Assembly (NCBI RefSeq): GCF_036971445.1
Contig: NC_091480.1
Span: 5,828,001 to 5,892,000, forward strand
DNA: 64,000 bases
Direction: 5' to 3'
From: Narcine bancroftii
Lineage: Eukaryota
The notes beneath the pieces are model-generated. The model was not told the DNA's origin. It saw only the letters and a list, made by a program, of their open reading frames with translations, and ran no database searches. Position 1 is the stretch's first letter. Every line of letters starts with the position of its first letter. Below are positions 22,451 through 37,400 of the stretch, piece by piece. Made by a program: the position numbers and the translations under genes.

Positions 22451-25400
22451 GAAGGTCACATCGTATAGACTGATGCCTGAATGCGGACTCCCTTCCTCCC
22501 TCCCTCCCTCCCCACCGTCCTGGTCCAACACAGGTCAATGTCACCTCTATGCACTGCATGAAGCTGCACGTCCAAATCCCAATTTATTCTCATGAACGGG
22601 TCACCAAATCCGTTGTTTTGCAGCAGTCACAGTGCAAACATTTCGATGAACCACTTTCCAAACACGAAAAGTTGAAGTGAGCAGTGTCTTTGGTTCATTG
22701 ATTATTCAGGAATCTGATGGCAGAGGGGAAAAAGCTGCCCTTGAGCCGCTGAGTGCTTGTCTTTGGGCTCCTGTACCTTTTCCCCGATGGTAGCAAAGTG
22801 AAGAGGGCGTGGCCTGGGTGGTGGGGGTCCTTGAGGAGCGAGGCTGCTGGTGTCTGTAATGTCACAGGCCTAGTTGTCGCCAAGTGATACAACCAGCCAG
22901 AATGCTCTCTACAGGACACCTGTAGAAGTTTACAAAAATCTTTGACTCTCCTCAAACTCCTCACAAAGTATATCTGCTGGCGAGCCTTCTTTGTGATTGC
23001 ATTGACGTAGAGGCTCCAGGACAGATCTTTGAAGTTCTCGACCCTCTCCACTATTGAGCCCTCGATGAGGACTGGGTCATGTTCCCCTGAAGTCCACAAT
23101 CATTTCCTTAGTTTTGTTAAAATTGAATGCAAGGTTGTTGTCATGACACCACTCAACCAGCTGATCTATTTCCCTCCTGTACACTTCTTCATTGCCATCT
23201 GTGATTCTGCCGTCAACTGGTGTCATCGGCAAACTTGTAGAAAGCATTGGAATTGTGCCTGGCTACACAGTCGTGGGTGTATAATGAGAAGAGCAGTGGT
23301 ATAAGCACACATCCTTGGGGTGCGCCTGTGTTGATGATCAGTGAGGAGATGTTATTGTTTCCAATTTGTTGTCTTCTGATAAGGAAGTCAAGGATCCAGT
23401 TGCAGAGGCCCAGGGTTTGGAACATTGACCAGAACTGGGGGAATAATGGTGTTGAAGGCTGAGCTGTATTCAATGAAGAGTAGCTGTATGTATGAATTGC
23501 TGTTTACCAGATGATCCAGAGTTGAGTGGAGAGCCAGTGACATTGCGCCTGATGATTAATAGTTTATTTCTAGCAATTTAAAATGTGTACATGGAGACAC
23601 AAGAGTCCCCAGATGGTGGAATCTGAGCAAAAAGCAGGAAACCAAACTTATCCTTTTCCCTAATAATAGAAACACAGAAATGCTGGAGGAACTCAGCAGG
23701 TCTCATAACCTCCATAGGACTGAACCCTTCTTCAAGGTATAAATAAGAAAGCAGGCAGATGCCGGAATTAAAGGCCGGAGAGAGAAAGGGGAAGACTGGT
23801 AGGGGGAGGAGTCCAGACCAACAGACAAAGGGTGTTAATTGGATTTGATGAGGAAAGGTGAGAACTGATTTTGCTTCTAGGAAAGGAGACAGGGTGAAGA
23901 AGATGGGGGGTGGGGTGGGGTATACCCAGATAGAAGATGAGGTGTTGCTCCAATTTGCGGGTGATCTCAGTCTGGCAGTGCATGAGACCATGGGCAGACA
24001 TGTCAGCGAGGGAAAGGATCGGTGAATTGGAAGGGGTGGCCACTGACTATGGCGGCAGATGCAGCCCATGTAGAAGCAATCCAATACATCAGAGAGACTG
24101 GGTGATCGCTTTTTTAAGCACCTCAGCTCTGTCCACCATAATAGCAATCAAGGTATTGGAACCAGGATTTGAGTGGGTGCTGAGGGCAAGAAGGGCACAC
24201 ATAGGGTCTGAAGGCTTCCTGCTCAATTTGGAAGTTTGGATCTGGGATCTGGAGCCCGGGTTGCTAATGGTTTGGACGAGCCTGTGCCACTGCAGAGGCT
24301 GCAGGAGTGCTGGAGGCAAATCCACGGACACTCACTGTCACAGAAAGGACTCTCTTTTGTTTCTCTTTCTCCTATTGTTAGGCAGTGCTCATGGAAACTC
24401 TCTTTGTCTGCATTATGACAGCCCATAGTTGTAGGATATCAAGCATATTATATTTGTAATGCCTTATTACATGACACAAAAAGGAACCTTTGAATCTTTA
24501 ACCAACAGGGCAGACTTGATGGGCTGATTGGCCTCCCGTTCATCTGTTTCTCTACTTCAAACCTTCATTTTTGTAATTCCTCTTCATTTTATCTCTGTGC
24601 TTTCTCTAAACCAGCAATTTTTTAAAAAGCTTTGATCATTCAGGATTAATGACCTGCCTTCCAGGAGCATTCAATCCTGTTTTTATTGCAGGCAACAAGG
24701 TTTTATTCGTCCAAACTCGCACCCAAGAATGAGTTTGCAGCGGCTGCAGAGAAGCTCCCACCTCAGGAGCCGGAGGTCAGTGAAATTCAGAACAGTTTGT
24801 TTTATAGAAGCATGATTTCACCTCTGTCGTTTTGAGGGACTTTCTTGAAGGTGAAGAATTATTGCCCACTTTGAGTAGATACTTGCAGAGATGGATGTGT
24901 TGGGGTATGGGAGCATGGTGGCAAGGTGGCTGCTGTAACCTGGAATAAAACACGACAGTCTACAGGCACCGTGAATGAAGTAAAAACACATTGCTGGGGA
25001 AACTCGGTAGGTCAAACGGTGTCCTTTATGTAGTAAAGATAAAGGTATGTAACCAACATTTTGGGCTTGACCCCTTCATCAAACTACGAGCAATATGTAG
25101 ACACGCCATATTTCTTCAGGCTTCTGAGGACGTGTAGTTGTTGGTGTACCATAGCATCAATGTGGTTAGTCTGGGGCTGTTGGTGATTTGTACGCCTAAA
25201 AGCTCAAAGGTCTCCGCTCCTCAGCCCATTGAAACAGACAGGGCCATGCGCTACTCCCCACTTCCTGAAGTCGATGATGACCTCTTCCTCTCTTGCTACT
25301 CTCTGAATCCATCATTCAACACGACACTTAGTCAGATTTATGGATAGGAAGAGCTTAAAGGGATATGGACCAAATGCAGGCAGATGGTACCAGCCTGGAA

Positions 25401-28400
25401 TTCCAAGTGGTTGACATGGATGAAATGGGCTTAAGGGCTTCTTCTGTGCCCTGTGACAAGATTGGATGGTTTGTGCTTTGCTGCATGTCAGTTCACTAAG
25501 CTGGTCAGTAGCTGAGACCTGTTGAGCAGAAGGTTTAAAAAGCAGGAGCATCACTCGGGCTGTTTAGTTCCCCCTCCTTTTAGATTTGAATGTTAAGATC
25601 GAGCAGGGGTGAGGGTGCAGTGGAAGTATGGAACTGTGGAGTAGGAGAGGTCTGCAAATCACTGAGAAATCAGTATAGCATTACAGGAGTTGGTCATCCG
25701 GCCCGTCAAGCCTGCTCTGCCATTCAATGTGATCATGGCAGATCTGATGATTGGCTCATCTCCATCTATCTGGCTTTTCCCCATCCAGTTTCCTTAATTC
25801 CCTTACGATGTAAAAATCTATCCAACCTTGTCTTAAATACATGTTCTGAGGTCACCTCCACTGCTTCAATGGGCAGCGAATTCCACAGATTCACCCCCCT
25901 CTGGGAAAAGCAGTTCCTGCTCATCTACTACCCTGAATCTTGAGGCTATGATCCCTCATTCTAGGCTCTCCCACCAATGGAAATAACTTGCTTACCTATA
26001 TCTTATCTATGCCTGTCATAATTTTTTATATTTCCATAAGATTCCGCTCATTCTTCTGAATTCCAGGAAGTACAGTCCTAGCTGACTCAATATCTACTCA
26101 GGCTAGCTCCCTCATCCCTGGAATCAACCTGGTGAACAGCCTCCGCACTGCCTCCAAAGCCAGGACATCTTTCCCAGAACTGCATGCAGTATTCCCAATG
26201 TGGTCTCACCAGTGCCTTATACAATTGCAACACGACCTCCCTGCTCTTAAGTTCATTTTCTCCAGCAATGAAGGCCAATGTTCCATTTGCCTTTTTGAAA
26301 CCCTGCTGCACCTGCAAACCAACCTTTTGCAATTCATGCTCAAGCCCTCCCAAGTCCTTCTGCACGGCAACACGCTGCAATCAGTTGCCATTTAAATAAT
26401 ATTCTGATCTTAATTTTTTTCATCCAAAGTGGATAACCTCACATTTACCAACATTATACTCCATCTGCCAGATCCTTGCCCACTCACTTAACCTATCGAT
26501 ATCTCTCTGCAGACTCTCCTTATCCTCTGCACAATTTGCTTTTCCACTCTATTTGGTGTCATCAGCAAACTTAAATACACGACACTAACCCTAACCCTCT
26601 TCCAGATCATTTATGTATATTGTAAAAGATGTTCCCTGCACTGAATGAAACTCCACTCAGCTGACCTGATGATTTCAAGTTCATGAAGACCTTCAAAATG
26701 GGTTGGGTGGTGAAGTCCCTGTTGTGACGAGAAGGAATGTTTTAACAAAGTATTTCCCCATGAACATCAGTGATCATTCCATATTGGTTGGGCATTGAGA
26801 AAAGTTCCCTCTCCGTATATTGGCAGACGAGAGCAGTGCAACTTGAAAACTAAGACCATTGGCAACACAGCACTGGGCCAGTACTGCTCTGTGGAGCTCA
26901 GATCCCTGGAGAAGGAATAGTTCCAAACAGACCACGAGTGTAGGTTAATGGGATGTAAATTGGGTGGCATGGGCTGAAAGGACTTGTTACCGTGCTGTAT
27001 ATCAAAATTAAAATTTATGTACTTCACCATTAGCAGATGTGGTTTTTTGGATTCTCTGGACAGGTGTTGAGGTGAAATACCTTTCAAAGGCCACTGGCAC
27101 CTTTCACTCTATCAGATATTAACAAAGATACTTCAAAGTGTCACAAAATATCACAACAAGAGGAAATGGAGTTGTTTTTCTGGGAACGTGTTTAGTCAGG
27201 ATTTAGTGTTTGGTGTTTGTAGTAATTTGGCTTTTCTCCAACAGGTGTCGAAATTGCCAAATGGATTGGTGATCGCCTCCCTGGAAAATTACTCTCCAAC
27301 CTCAAAGATTGGAGTCTTCATAAAGGCGGGCAGCAGATACGAGACTACCAGTAACCTGGGAATCACCCACGCCCTGCGTTTGGCAGCAAACCTTGTGAGT
27401 AAAGATCAACAGAAAATGTCTTGATGAGGCTTCTTCAAAATTACACGGCTCTGTGGACTATAATTAATTGGGAATTAACAAGGCTTGGAAAAGTTAGGTC
27501 ATGTTTTAAACTGTCCAGTTAAAGTATCTTGTTCGTGTTAAGCTTGTGAGCTGCCGATCTCACTAGTCTTGCCTTACTTGTTCTTTCCCACGAATATTTG
27601 TGCACCGCATGGACTAATTAGCTGGGTAATTGCAGTCACCAGTCAACCTTGGATCTGGAGCCACATACAGACCAGATCAGAAAGGCAGATATCACAATGG
27701 GCATTTGTGAAAAGTAAAAAGCTAGAGATGACAGAAATCTGCACCAAGTGATGGACATAACTCAGCATGTCAAGCAGTAGTCACAGTTGGAGAAACTGTT
27801 TAAAACAGCTATTCTTGACGTTTTCTTTTAGGCTGTGGTCTCCTGAAAGTTTATGGGCCTCCTTCGCTGCGAAGCAGTATGATTCAGTTGGCTTCTTCTG
27901 TACTTCTGTCCTCCAAACCACATTAAAAAAAACATGATTTCAGGTTCAGGAGCCCCCTTAAATGTGCTGTGGACTCCCAAGGGTACTGTATGGCCCCTGT
28001 TGAGAATGGCTGGTTTAAATTTCTGTTTTTATTTTAGAATTCCATCATCTACAGAATTTTTTCCTCTTGAGTCAACTGGATGGGGGGATGGGTTAGTGAC
28101 AACAGTCCAGCTGTTTCGTGGATGCTAGTTCTTCTCCCTCCAAGTTTAACACTTGGTTTCATTGTTGATATTTTATCCTTATGCAAAGGCTGATATTTTT
28201 ACAACTTGTGTGTGGTTGAAATAACTGATTACTGGAATAACTCTTTCAGTCATAGTTATGTTTTCAGTGCACTGTTTTATCATAAAGCCTCATCATTTTA
28301 GTGGAGATTCAGTTTGTAACATTTTGGAGAAAAACAAAGCTCTCTGCATCATTCTTGGAGAGTTCAGAACTGCCCATGAAGTTAATTGCAATCACTCACC

Positions 28401-31400
28401 AAACCCTCTTTGATTTGCAGACAACAAAGGGAGTTTCATCATTCAGAATAACCCGTGGCATCGAAGCTGTTGGGGGCAGTTTGAGGTGAGTCTCTTTAAC
28501 TTGTGCTCTATTCCTGTCCTTGCCAACTCCTAATAGTGGGAGTGCATCAGCGGGGAGTGTGTCAGTGGGGAGCAGATTCCTGGAAACATGGATTTGCACA
28601 AGGCAGTCGATTCCGAGCCAGAAGTGGTTCATTCATCTGCTGCAGAAACACTGATGTGCCAGACTCAGTACTGCCATCTTCCAGGTGCATTGCTGAACCA
28701 GGGTTCTGCCTCCGTGTGGGCTTAAAAAAAGTCTTTGTTCTATAGAAGGACAAGTAGTACGATACCCAAACAATTCCCATTGCCAAAAATCACAGAATCG
28801 AGCATCTTATCAATATCACATCATTGCTGCACCTCCTGGAATGCAATGGTCATTGCCTGTCAGAAATATCTTGTGGACATTGAGGTTTTGTGTGAGATTG
28901 AGGGAAAATAAAACTGTATAAAGTCAGTAAAAACACAATGCTGGAGAAACTGAGCAGGTCAAACGGTGTCATTTTTTCTGTAAAGATAAAGGTACAGAAT
29001 ATGGAGTACATCACAAAAGTCTGCAGATTTTCTCTATACTGTTTGACCTGTTGAGTTTTTGCAGCATCATGTTTTTATTACTTGTCTTTTAAAATATTTT
29101 TATTGGTATTCAATATAGAAACAATTGAACGATACAATTATACAAGGTGCAAAAAATATGGGGAAAAAATTTCAAATATGAACTTAATTCAAAGGACCAA
29201 CGCACAAGTAGTAAAATATGACATCAAACAAAAAGAAAAAACCCAACCCAAAAGAAAGAGAAATAAAGGAAAGAAAGGAAGAATAAAGTTAGTTCTTTTC
29301 AAATGAATAATAAAAGGTATATGATTATCTTTCCTTCTCTTCTCATACTGTAAGAATGATCAAAAGTTGCATTGTTCATGGTTGAGCAAAGCCATTACCT
29401 GTTATTTAGTTTAAAATATGAATTTTTTAGATTAGATATTTACAAATTTGACATTTTGATCAATCATAGATCCCTGATTTTCTGCAAATTCCCGAGGCCA
29501 ACGCTCTTGATTTACAACTTTCTCATAAAGGTTCACTATCTATTATTTGTAATAACTTGCTGGATTTCAGAATAGCTTCGTTAGTTAAGACCAAGAACGA
29601 CTGAGAACAGGATTTGAATATATAATTTTTGGATGAAGTTTGGGACCAACCTTTGTGCATGACACTGTTGCAATTTAAAATTAAATTGTCTTATTTTTAT
29701 TCTGATATAAATCCTCTGTAATAAATGCAGATTTGCTGAGGCTTCCTTAAATCCACATTGAAAGATATTTTTCAGATATTATTAGTGGACACATTAGAAC
29801 CTTGGCCTTCAATTGCTATTTTCAGAAGATGAAATCTTACTAACTCCAGCTCAAATTCGAATTTTATCTTTTACTATGGATAGCCAGACGTGCAATTCTG
29901 ATTAAATGGAAGACATTACTCCAACTTCACACCCACAATGGCTAAATGATATCGTGTCTTATTATCTAAGTTTGGCAGGCGGGTAATGAACAGACAGGGG
30001 TGGAACTTACTCCTGTGAGTCTGTAACACGTCATCAGTTGCGGGTGGGACTCCCCCTACATTTCTGGGGAGGGCAAATTCCCAGGAGTTTGGACCACAGT
30101 GTGAAAGGCCCAGGAGGTCCTGAATTCCTGGGAATTTCTCTGGGACAAATTAGAGTCACTGATTGCCTGCGGTGTGAAAATGCCTATTTCCTAACCTTGC
30201 TTCATAGTCAGGGTTTTGTCCCATAATGGGGGGTGGGTTAGGTTTCCTTTTATTTCAATCACTGTGAGTGTAGACTTTTGTATTTTACTCTTGTATAAAC
30301 CTGACAGTGTACAGGCCAGATGTGTATGACAAAAACTGCAAGAGTGCCTTGTGTTTTCAGTTGTTCAATACTCTTGCAGCCTAATGGAAATTTCAAGTTT
30401 AGTGGCAAAGATCAAGTCTCACTGACAACTGGTTGAGATGGAGATCCCACTCATGGTAAGTTTATGAGGGTTGCCCTTGTCAGTCAGTTTAAGTGAATGA
30501 CTGCTGTACTGAAATTCTCATGTTCAGGAAAATCTTGCCCACTTCATTGCCAGTTGTATTTTTCCCTACCTCTATGTGTTGAGTTGCTTTGAGATATGGG
30601 GTAAGTTGATTAACGATTTAAGATGTATTTTCAAGTACACAAGATATTGTGGAAAAATGTTCTTTGTCTTGCCCTATAAAGCAATAAGCCAGCAATAATT
30701 CAATGAGAAAACGGGAAGCAGAAGAGAGTATTTCAAAGGCATTGTAGTTGTTGATCTTGTCCTCTGATGTCGCCTCCTCTGGCAGTCCATCACCTCTATG
30801 GCTGGCTCATGTTATTCAGTAGTGAACCTAAGCTTGAAGCCCCATATCCGTAGTCAAGAAGCCAGCTCACTATCTCACCTACATCAGTCCAAGACCCAGT
30901 TGCATCAGCCTGTGGCCTGGCCCTGAGTCTTTGAATGTGGAGCCCGCCAGAGCAGCTGCATTTAGCTGCTTGCCCTCAATACAACAACATGGTGAGACTC
31001 CCTGATCTCAGCATTCCCATGGTTCGGCCTCAGCGGACATGGGCTGCTGCTGTGCTTCGGTACAGAGCCCCTCTGAGTCGCTCCCTTATGCTGGGAACAT
31101 GAGGCTTGTGTATGTGTGGAAGCTCCACAGTTTAGAAGTGATCAACCCTTTCTGCTTTTGCAGCGTGACCTCAACAAGGGAGAACATGACCTACACAGTG
31201 GAATGTATGCGAGACTATGTGTGAGTATTGGGCCACTGCATATTGCATCATGTCAATCCTCCTGAAGGTTGGGAAATTACTCCAACTCTTATGGACCCAT
31301 CTATGGAATGGGAAGGGAAACCAGTTCGATGGGTTCAAAGAGCAATGAGTCTGGACACAGGCTGAACATAAGAATACGTCAGGGATTGTAACGGGGAATA

Positions 31401-34400
31401 CATGCACGAGTACTCTCAATCACAAAATAGGACAGGAAGTCCTTAAAAAATTAATGATCTCAGGTTTTGATCCATAAATTGGGCTGGGGTTTCATTTGAT
31501 TTTGCTGTACCAGTTTTAACAAATCCTGTTTGTGGCTGGACTAAGGTTATTTGGGTGCACTGTTTGGTGATAATTGGGGGAATGGATATTTTGGGAGGGA
31601 TCAGGCAATGGTTTGAGAATACCACACACTGTAATCTGGCAGACCAAGCCTTTATAGAAACTATCTTTGAATTTGCTGTGTTTCTAGTTTAACACAATTT
31701 AATCTCACCATGATTAGGAATTGCTGCTGCTTCTAATCACTGACTCCCGTTCCCCCATTCCACCCCAGTGACACGGTAATGGAATATCTGATCAACGTTA
31801 CTGCTGCCCAGGAGTTCAGGCCATGGGAACTGGCGCAACTTCCTCCAAAGCTTGAAGTGGACAAGGCCGTCGCCTCTCAGAACCCACAGATAGGTGAGAT
31901 TTGGAAGGTCCAGTTCAGTCAGGCTGACATACATTTGAGGTCATCATGCATTAAGATTGTTGCTTCAGTCGGGGAGGTGTGTGTGGGGATCATTCTGGGA
32001 GTGTGGGTGGATGGCATTGGGTAGAGTTGGCACTTAATGCCTGTTGTGCACTCTTGCATCCATGGGTTGCCATTCGGGCCATCATCTATTCCAACTCCTG
32101 GTGTGTTCCTATTGGTCCCCTTGTTTCTCTGACCCACCTTCCCCACTGATCTTCCTGCAGTACAAAAGTGTCATTTGCAGAAACCTGCCGATTCCCATGT
32201 CTTTGAAATATGGGAGGAATCCCAAAGGGTTTCCAGATGGAACTGCACACCCTGCACAGACAATACTTGACATCCTTGAATTAGTCATTGTCCCAGAGAT
32301 TTACAGCATGGAAATAAGCCATTCAGCCCATGCTGACCAAGATGGTCTCATCTGCCTGCATTTGTCCCATATTCCTCTGAACTTTTCCTAGACATGTAGC
32401 TGTCTAAATATCTTTTGAATATTGCAATTGAGCCTTCGCTCTCATTTCCTCATGCCCACCACTCCCTGTGTGAAGGAGGTAACCCTAGGGTCCGCTTTAA
32501 ATCATTCTCCTCTCACCTTAAATTCATAAGTGATCAAACTACTGGTTGCAAACTACTGATCCCAGATCATCTCTGTTCAGCAGCTGTAGAAAGCCTGCAC
32601 TATGAACAGCTTGGAACAGGATCTTTGTAGACTGATGCAATAACATGGAGGTAGCAAACCAATGAGTATCACGGCAACTTGCTTTCTCTTTTAAGGTGTC
32701 TCTGAAATTTCATGTTTGAGTAATTTCTTGCAAATCCACCAGAGGTCGCTGTATGTTGGAAACTGCAGAGCTCACAAAACTGACAGGATCAAAAGAAGCT
32801 GTTGTATCATGGAAAGGCCTTGGTGATTGTGTTGAATCCCTGGCTGTGGAGGTTTTAAGCTTGCCGAACTTGCTTTGCCTTCTAAGAAAGCAGAAATGTT
32901 GGTGCTATTGCTTGGCCGTCGTGTCATGCTTGTCCCAGGACAGGTCACTGGAGATGTTTTACTCCTGAGGACAGAAACTATCTCCACTTTACACTTCAGT
33001 GCCATTAATGTGGGCAGGTCTATGAACTCTACCCCCTCTTCTGGTCAACAATTTTCCTTTGTCTTATTGAAATTGAGAAGGGGGTTTAGATAAACTGATG
33101 ACTTTTTGCTATCAATTGTTAGCCTGTTTCCAGGTGACTGTAGCCGGCTTGTAATAAAATACAAAGGAACAACATCTGAAATATGAAGGGTTCTGCTTGG
33201 GTTGTCAGTGTTCAAGCAAGGTGTTGCCAGAGCTCCAGTGCAGATGGACTCGTGTTGCAGAATGTGGATCAGTCACCTTTGATACTTCATTCCATGGCTC
33301 AGCAGGCTTGTGCCTGGTTAGGGATCAGAATCAATTGCTGCCAGGTTTAACCCTTACTGAGTTAGTTGCTCTCACTGGAATCTGTGTTAGCATCTCTAAT
33401 AAGGATCCTGGTTTAAGAAGAGATCTTTTGATTAATGTGGTCATCTCTGTTTAGAAGGAGCCCATTGGGTCCATGATAGCTCTCAAGAAAGTAATCCTAT
33501 CCCAACAAACTCCAACTGCCCATAGATAATCCATCCGAACAGTAAACCTGGCCACAGCCTGTCACTGATGCTACTTTATCCATCTCTTACACCCCACCTA
33601 CACCCAAGGGCTTGGGTTTAAGGTGAGGAGTAGAGCTCCAGAGAATCTGAGGAAGATTTTTTCCCTCACTCAGAGTCTGGAACACACTACCTGAGAAGGT
33701 GGTGGAGGCAGTAATTCTCACGACGTTTAAGGAGCACTTGAGTGAGCAAGCAAATCATAAAATCTTAAGAAGTAGAAGCAGAGTCGGCCTCCTGCCCCGT
33801 CGAGCCTCCTCTGCTGTTCAATGACATCAAGGCTGATCTGGCTGTGGACTCAGCTCCATTTACTTGCCTCTTCCCCATAACCCTTAATTGCCATACAATG
33901 CAAAAATCTATCTGTGCCTTAAGTATATTTAATAAGGCAACCTCTGCTGCTTCCTTGGGCAGAGAATTCCACAGATTCACTGCTCTTTGCCTTCTCCAGT
34001 ACCTGCTCTTAATCAATTAACAGCCCGCGTTTTACTATGGAAAGCGACAGATCTTTTTGTGTTGTTCAGGCGTCCTGGAGAACCTGCACTCAGCTGCTTA
34101 TCGTAATGCCCTGAGCAACTCCCTCTACTGTCCAAAGTTTATGATTGGGCAGCACACATCAGAGCAGGTAAGAAAAAAAACACCACTCTCCACCAGGGAA
34201 ATCTTTGAAAGGGTTAAATATTGACGATTGTCCCTGATGTGCCAGTGTGTGTTTGTCTCCACAGCTGCACCATTTTGTGCAAAGTAATTTCACAACTGGA
34301 AAGATGGCTCTTGTAGGACTGGGTAAGTGTCATATCTGCAGAATATTGTTCATTGCCATGCGTATGGAGAGACTGAAATACTTTGTCTTTAACCATTTTT

Positions 34401-37400
34401 GTTTAAAATTGGTGTGCAATCTTGCACTTGATTAAGTTAAAGCTCATCATTCCAGTATGGAATTACTATATTCATACGCTGTCGTGTTGGTAAGAGTATC
34501 CGATTCGGTGGGTTTGCAGAGGGACCAAGTCTGGACACACAAGAAACAAATGGGACGATCATTATTTCGCTTAAGTGATGATGCAGACATTCACCTTGGA
34601 CTTCAGTTGGATTCTGACACTGGGAAACCTATACTCAATCTGCTCACACAGTACAAACAGGGACTCTTTTACACACTCACACCCACTTCCCTGACCAATG
34701 GGGTTGCAGCGCTCTGAGTAACGACTTATCCAGTACTAATGGGTCAGCTTCAGTGTAGTGCACACCTTACCTGTTACACTTCCAGCAATGTCCATGGTAG
34801 TGACCTGGCATAGAGCGATGACCGGAGCTTGGACCACAAGGCAGAGAGCGAGAGTGTGCTGTGCAATGGTGTTAGATACAGTGCTAATCTGTTTCTAGCC
34901 AATAATGGTCCTAGATTATTTAAATGAGTCAATGACAAGTTGTGCACTGATGGATGGCTGGAGTCCAACCTTGATTGACAGGCGATGTGACTTCCTAATA
35001 AGTTTCAGTCAGGGAGGACACGTGACCACCCACAATACACACATTCCAGACAGGCAGGGAGACCACGTTTCCTCCACACACAACACATGTGAACAGTTGA
35101 ACATGGTAGGGGTGCTGCAGGGTCCGATTCCCCTTGGATTTGTGTTCAATTCACGGTGTTGCTGGTCTTCACCCACAGGTGTGAGCCATACAGTCCTGAA
35201 ACAGTTGGGCGAGCACTACTTCAACATGAGGAGTGGTTATGGTGAAGCTGGTGCTGCAGCCAAGTATCGTGGAGGTGAGATTGGTGGTGCATGGGTCCAG
35301 GTAACTGGCTAGGGGCCACTTTGTACTCGTACCCATTGACAGTTTAACTAAAGCGCAGGCGAACTTTGGGACCTTGGGCATGTCCTTTCCCAGTCAATAT
35401 CAGACTCCAGAATGAACCCCCACATAGTAAAATCATGGGGCCGTACTATTTAATCTCTCTCTGCAACTCTCCACTTTCATACTGTGTCAGACTTGTTGCA
35501 TGAGGTGTCGACTGATCAGCTTGCAAAACAACCTCTCTCACTGCATCCTTTGATACATGTGACAATAAATGTGAACCTGAATTTGATTAGCTCTCCTCAC
35601 TGATGTAGCTCAGGTAATTCCATCTGGTACAAGAACATGAAGAACAGAAGCAAGAAGAATCAGAACATTAGGGGGTTCCTGGGCAGATCTTTGCCTCAAC
35701 TCTGTTTTTGGCTTGTTGAGAAACACAAGAATTCTGCTTGAACTCTATTTCTGTTCTGTTTCAATTGTATAATCCCTACATTGGAGGGATAATTACAACT
35801 CTTCATCTTGAAAACTTCTACAGGTTTACTGTAGAGAGCATTCTGGCTGGTCCATCACTGTCTGGTGTGGAGTTGCCAACACACTCAGGACAGGGGAAAA
35901 AACTCCAGAGAGTGGTTAACTCAGCTGTGACATCACGGGCACCAGACTTTACTCCTTTACTCCATCAAGGATGTCTACGAGAGGCGGTGTCTTAAAAAAA
36001 GCAGCCTTTATCCTCAGGGACCCCCCCCCCCCCCAAAAAACCCAGGCCATGCCCTCTTCACTCTGCTTCCATCGGGAAAAAGGTCCAGGAGCCTGAAGAT
36101 GAGCACCCAGTGGCACAAGGACAGCTTCTTCCCCTCTGCCATCACATTCCTGAATAATGAACCACAGATATTACCTCACTTTGACTTTTTGTGCACTATT
36201 TTTTATTTATTGTTGTAAGGTGGTTTTATATCAATGTTTGCACTGTGATTCTGCCACAACAATGAAGTTTGTGACTTGTTCATGACAATAGATTCTGATT
36301 CTAGAGTCAGAGAGTACAGAACAGGCCCTTGGGCCCAATTCATCCATACTGACCAAGTTGGCATTCTGGACTAATCCCATTGGTGTGCATTTGGCCCACT
36401 TCCTTCCAAACACATCTGTCCAAATATCGTTCCTACATCATAATTGCTCCTGCTTCTATAGCTTCATCTGGCAGCTTGTCCCAGATCCAGCCTATCCTCC
36501 AGAAGAAAAAGATTCCCCTCAGGTCACTCTTGAGGGAAACAAAGCCCTTTCCCACTCCTAAAAAAAGTGCAGCCACTGCCTAAATAATTCCCAGGCTTCA
36601 GGTTCTGGAATATTGGGGTGGTGCTGTTAGTGCCAGCAATCAGGACCAGGGTTCAAATCCCACGCTCTCTGTAAGCTTGTATATTCTCCCCTTATGTAAG
36701 TGAGTTTCCTGCCGGTGATCAGGTTTCCTCCCACTGTTCAAAATGTACCGGGCGATTGTAGGTCAATTGTGCAGCACAGGCTCATGAGCCAAAAGGACCT
36801 GTTACTGTGCTGTACGTCCACTTTAAAATGTAATACCCTCCCCAAACCTCTCGCCAACACTTCTGACACCTGATTCTCCGAGCAAGAGTTTAAAATCTCA
36901 ACCATGATCCCAAGGCTCCTGTCAAATTTTATCAGACTTGATATCCTTTCGCTCTTAATATACTTGAAGAAACCCTTGGGATTTTCGTTAATATTTTCTG
37001 CCAAAGCACATCTCCTTCAAACCTTACCCCTCCCCCCTCCGTTACTGCTTCCTTGGACAGAGAATTCCGCAGAATCACCACTCTCTGGGAGAAATAGTTC
37101 CTCCTCATCTCTGTCCTAAATCTACTCGCACAAAATCTTGATGTTCTGTCCCCAACAGTGGAAACAACTTCCCTGTTTTGATCTTATCTATTCCTTACAT
37201 TATTTTATATGTTTCTAAACCCCAGGCTACCCAATCACTCCTCATAACCCTTATTTCCAAAATATTCATTCTAACTATGCCCCATGTATTGACTTATAAA
37301 GCTGGGTAAGGTGGGTGGTGGTAAGGATCAAGCTCATCTTTCTTAGCTTCGATTTCTTTGAATTTGTGCGTCTGCAGGTGAAATCCGCGATCAGAACAAT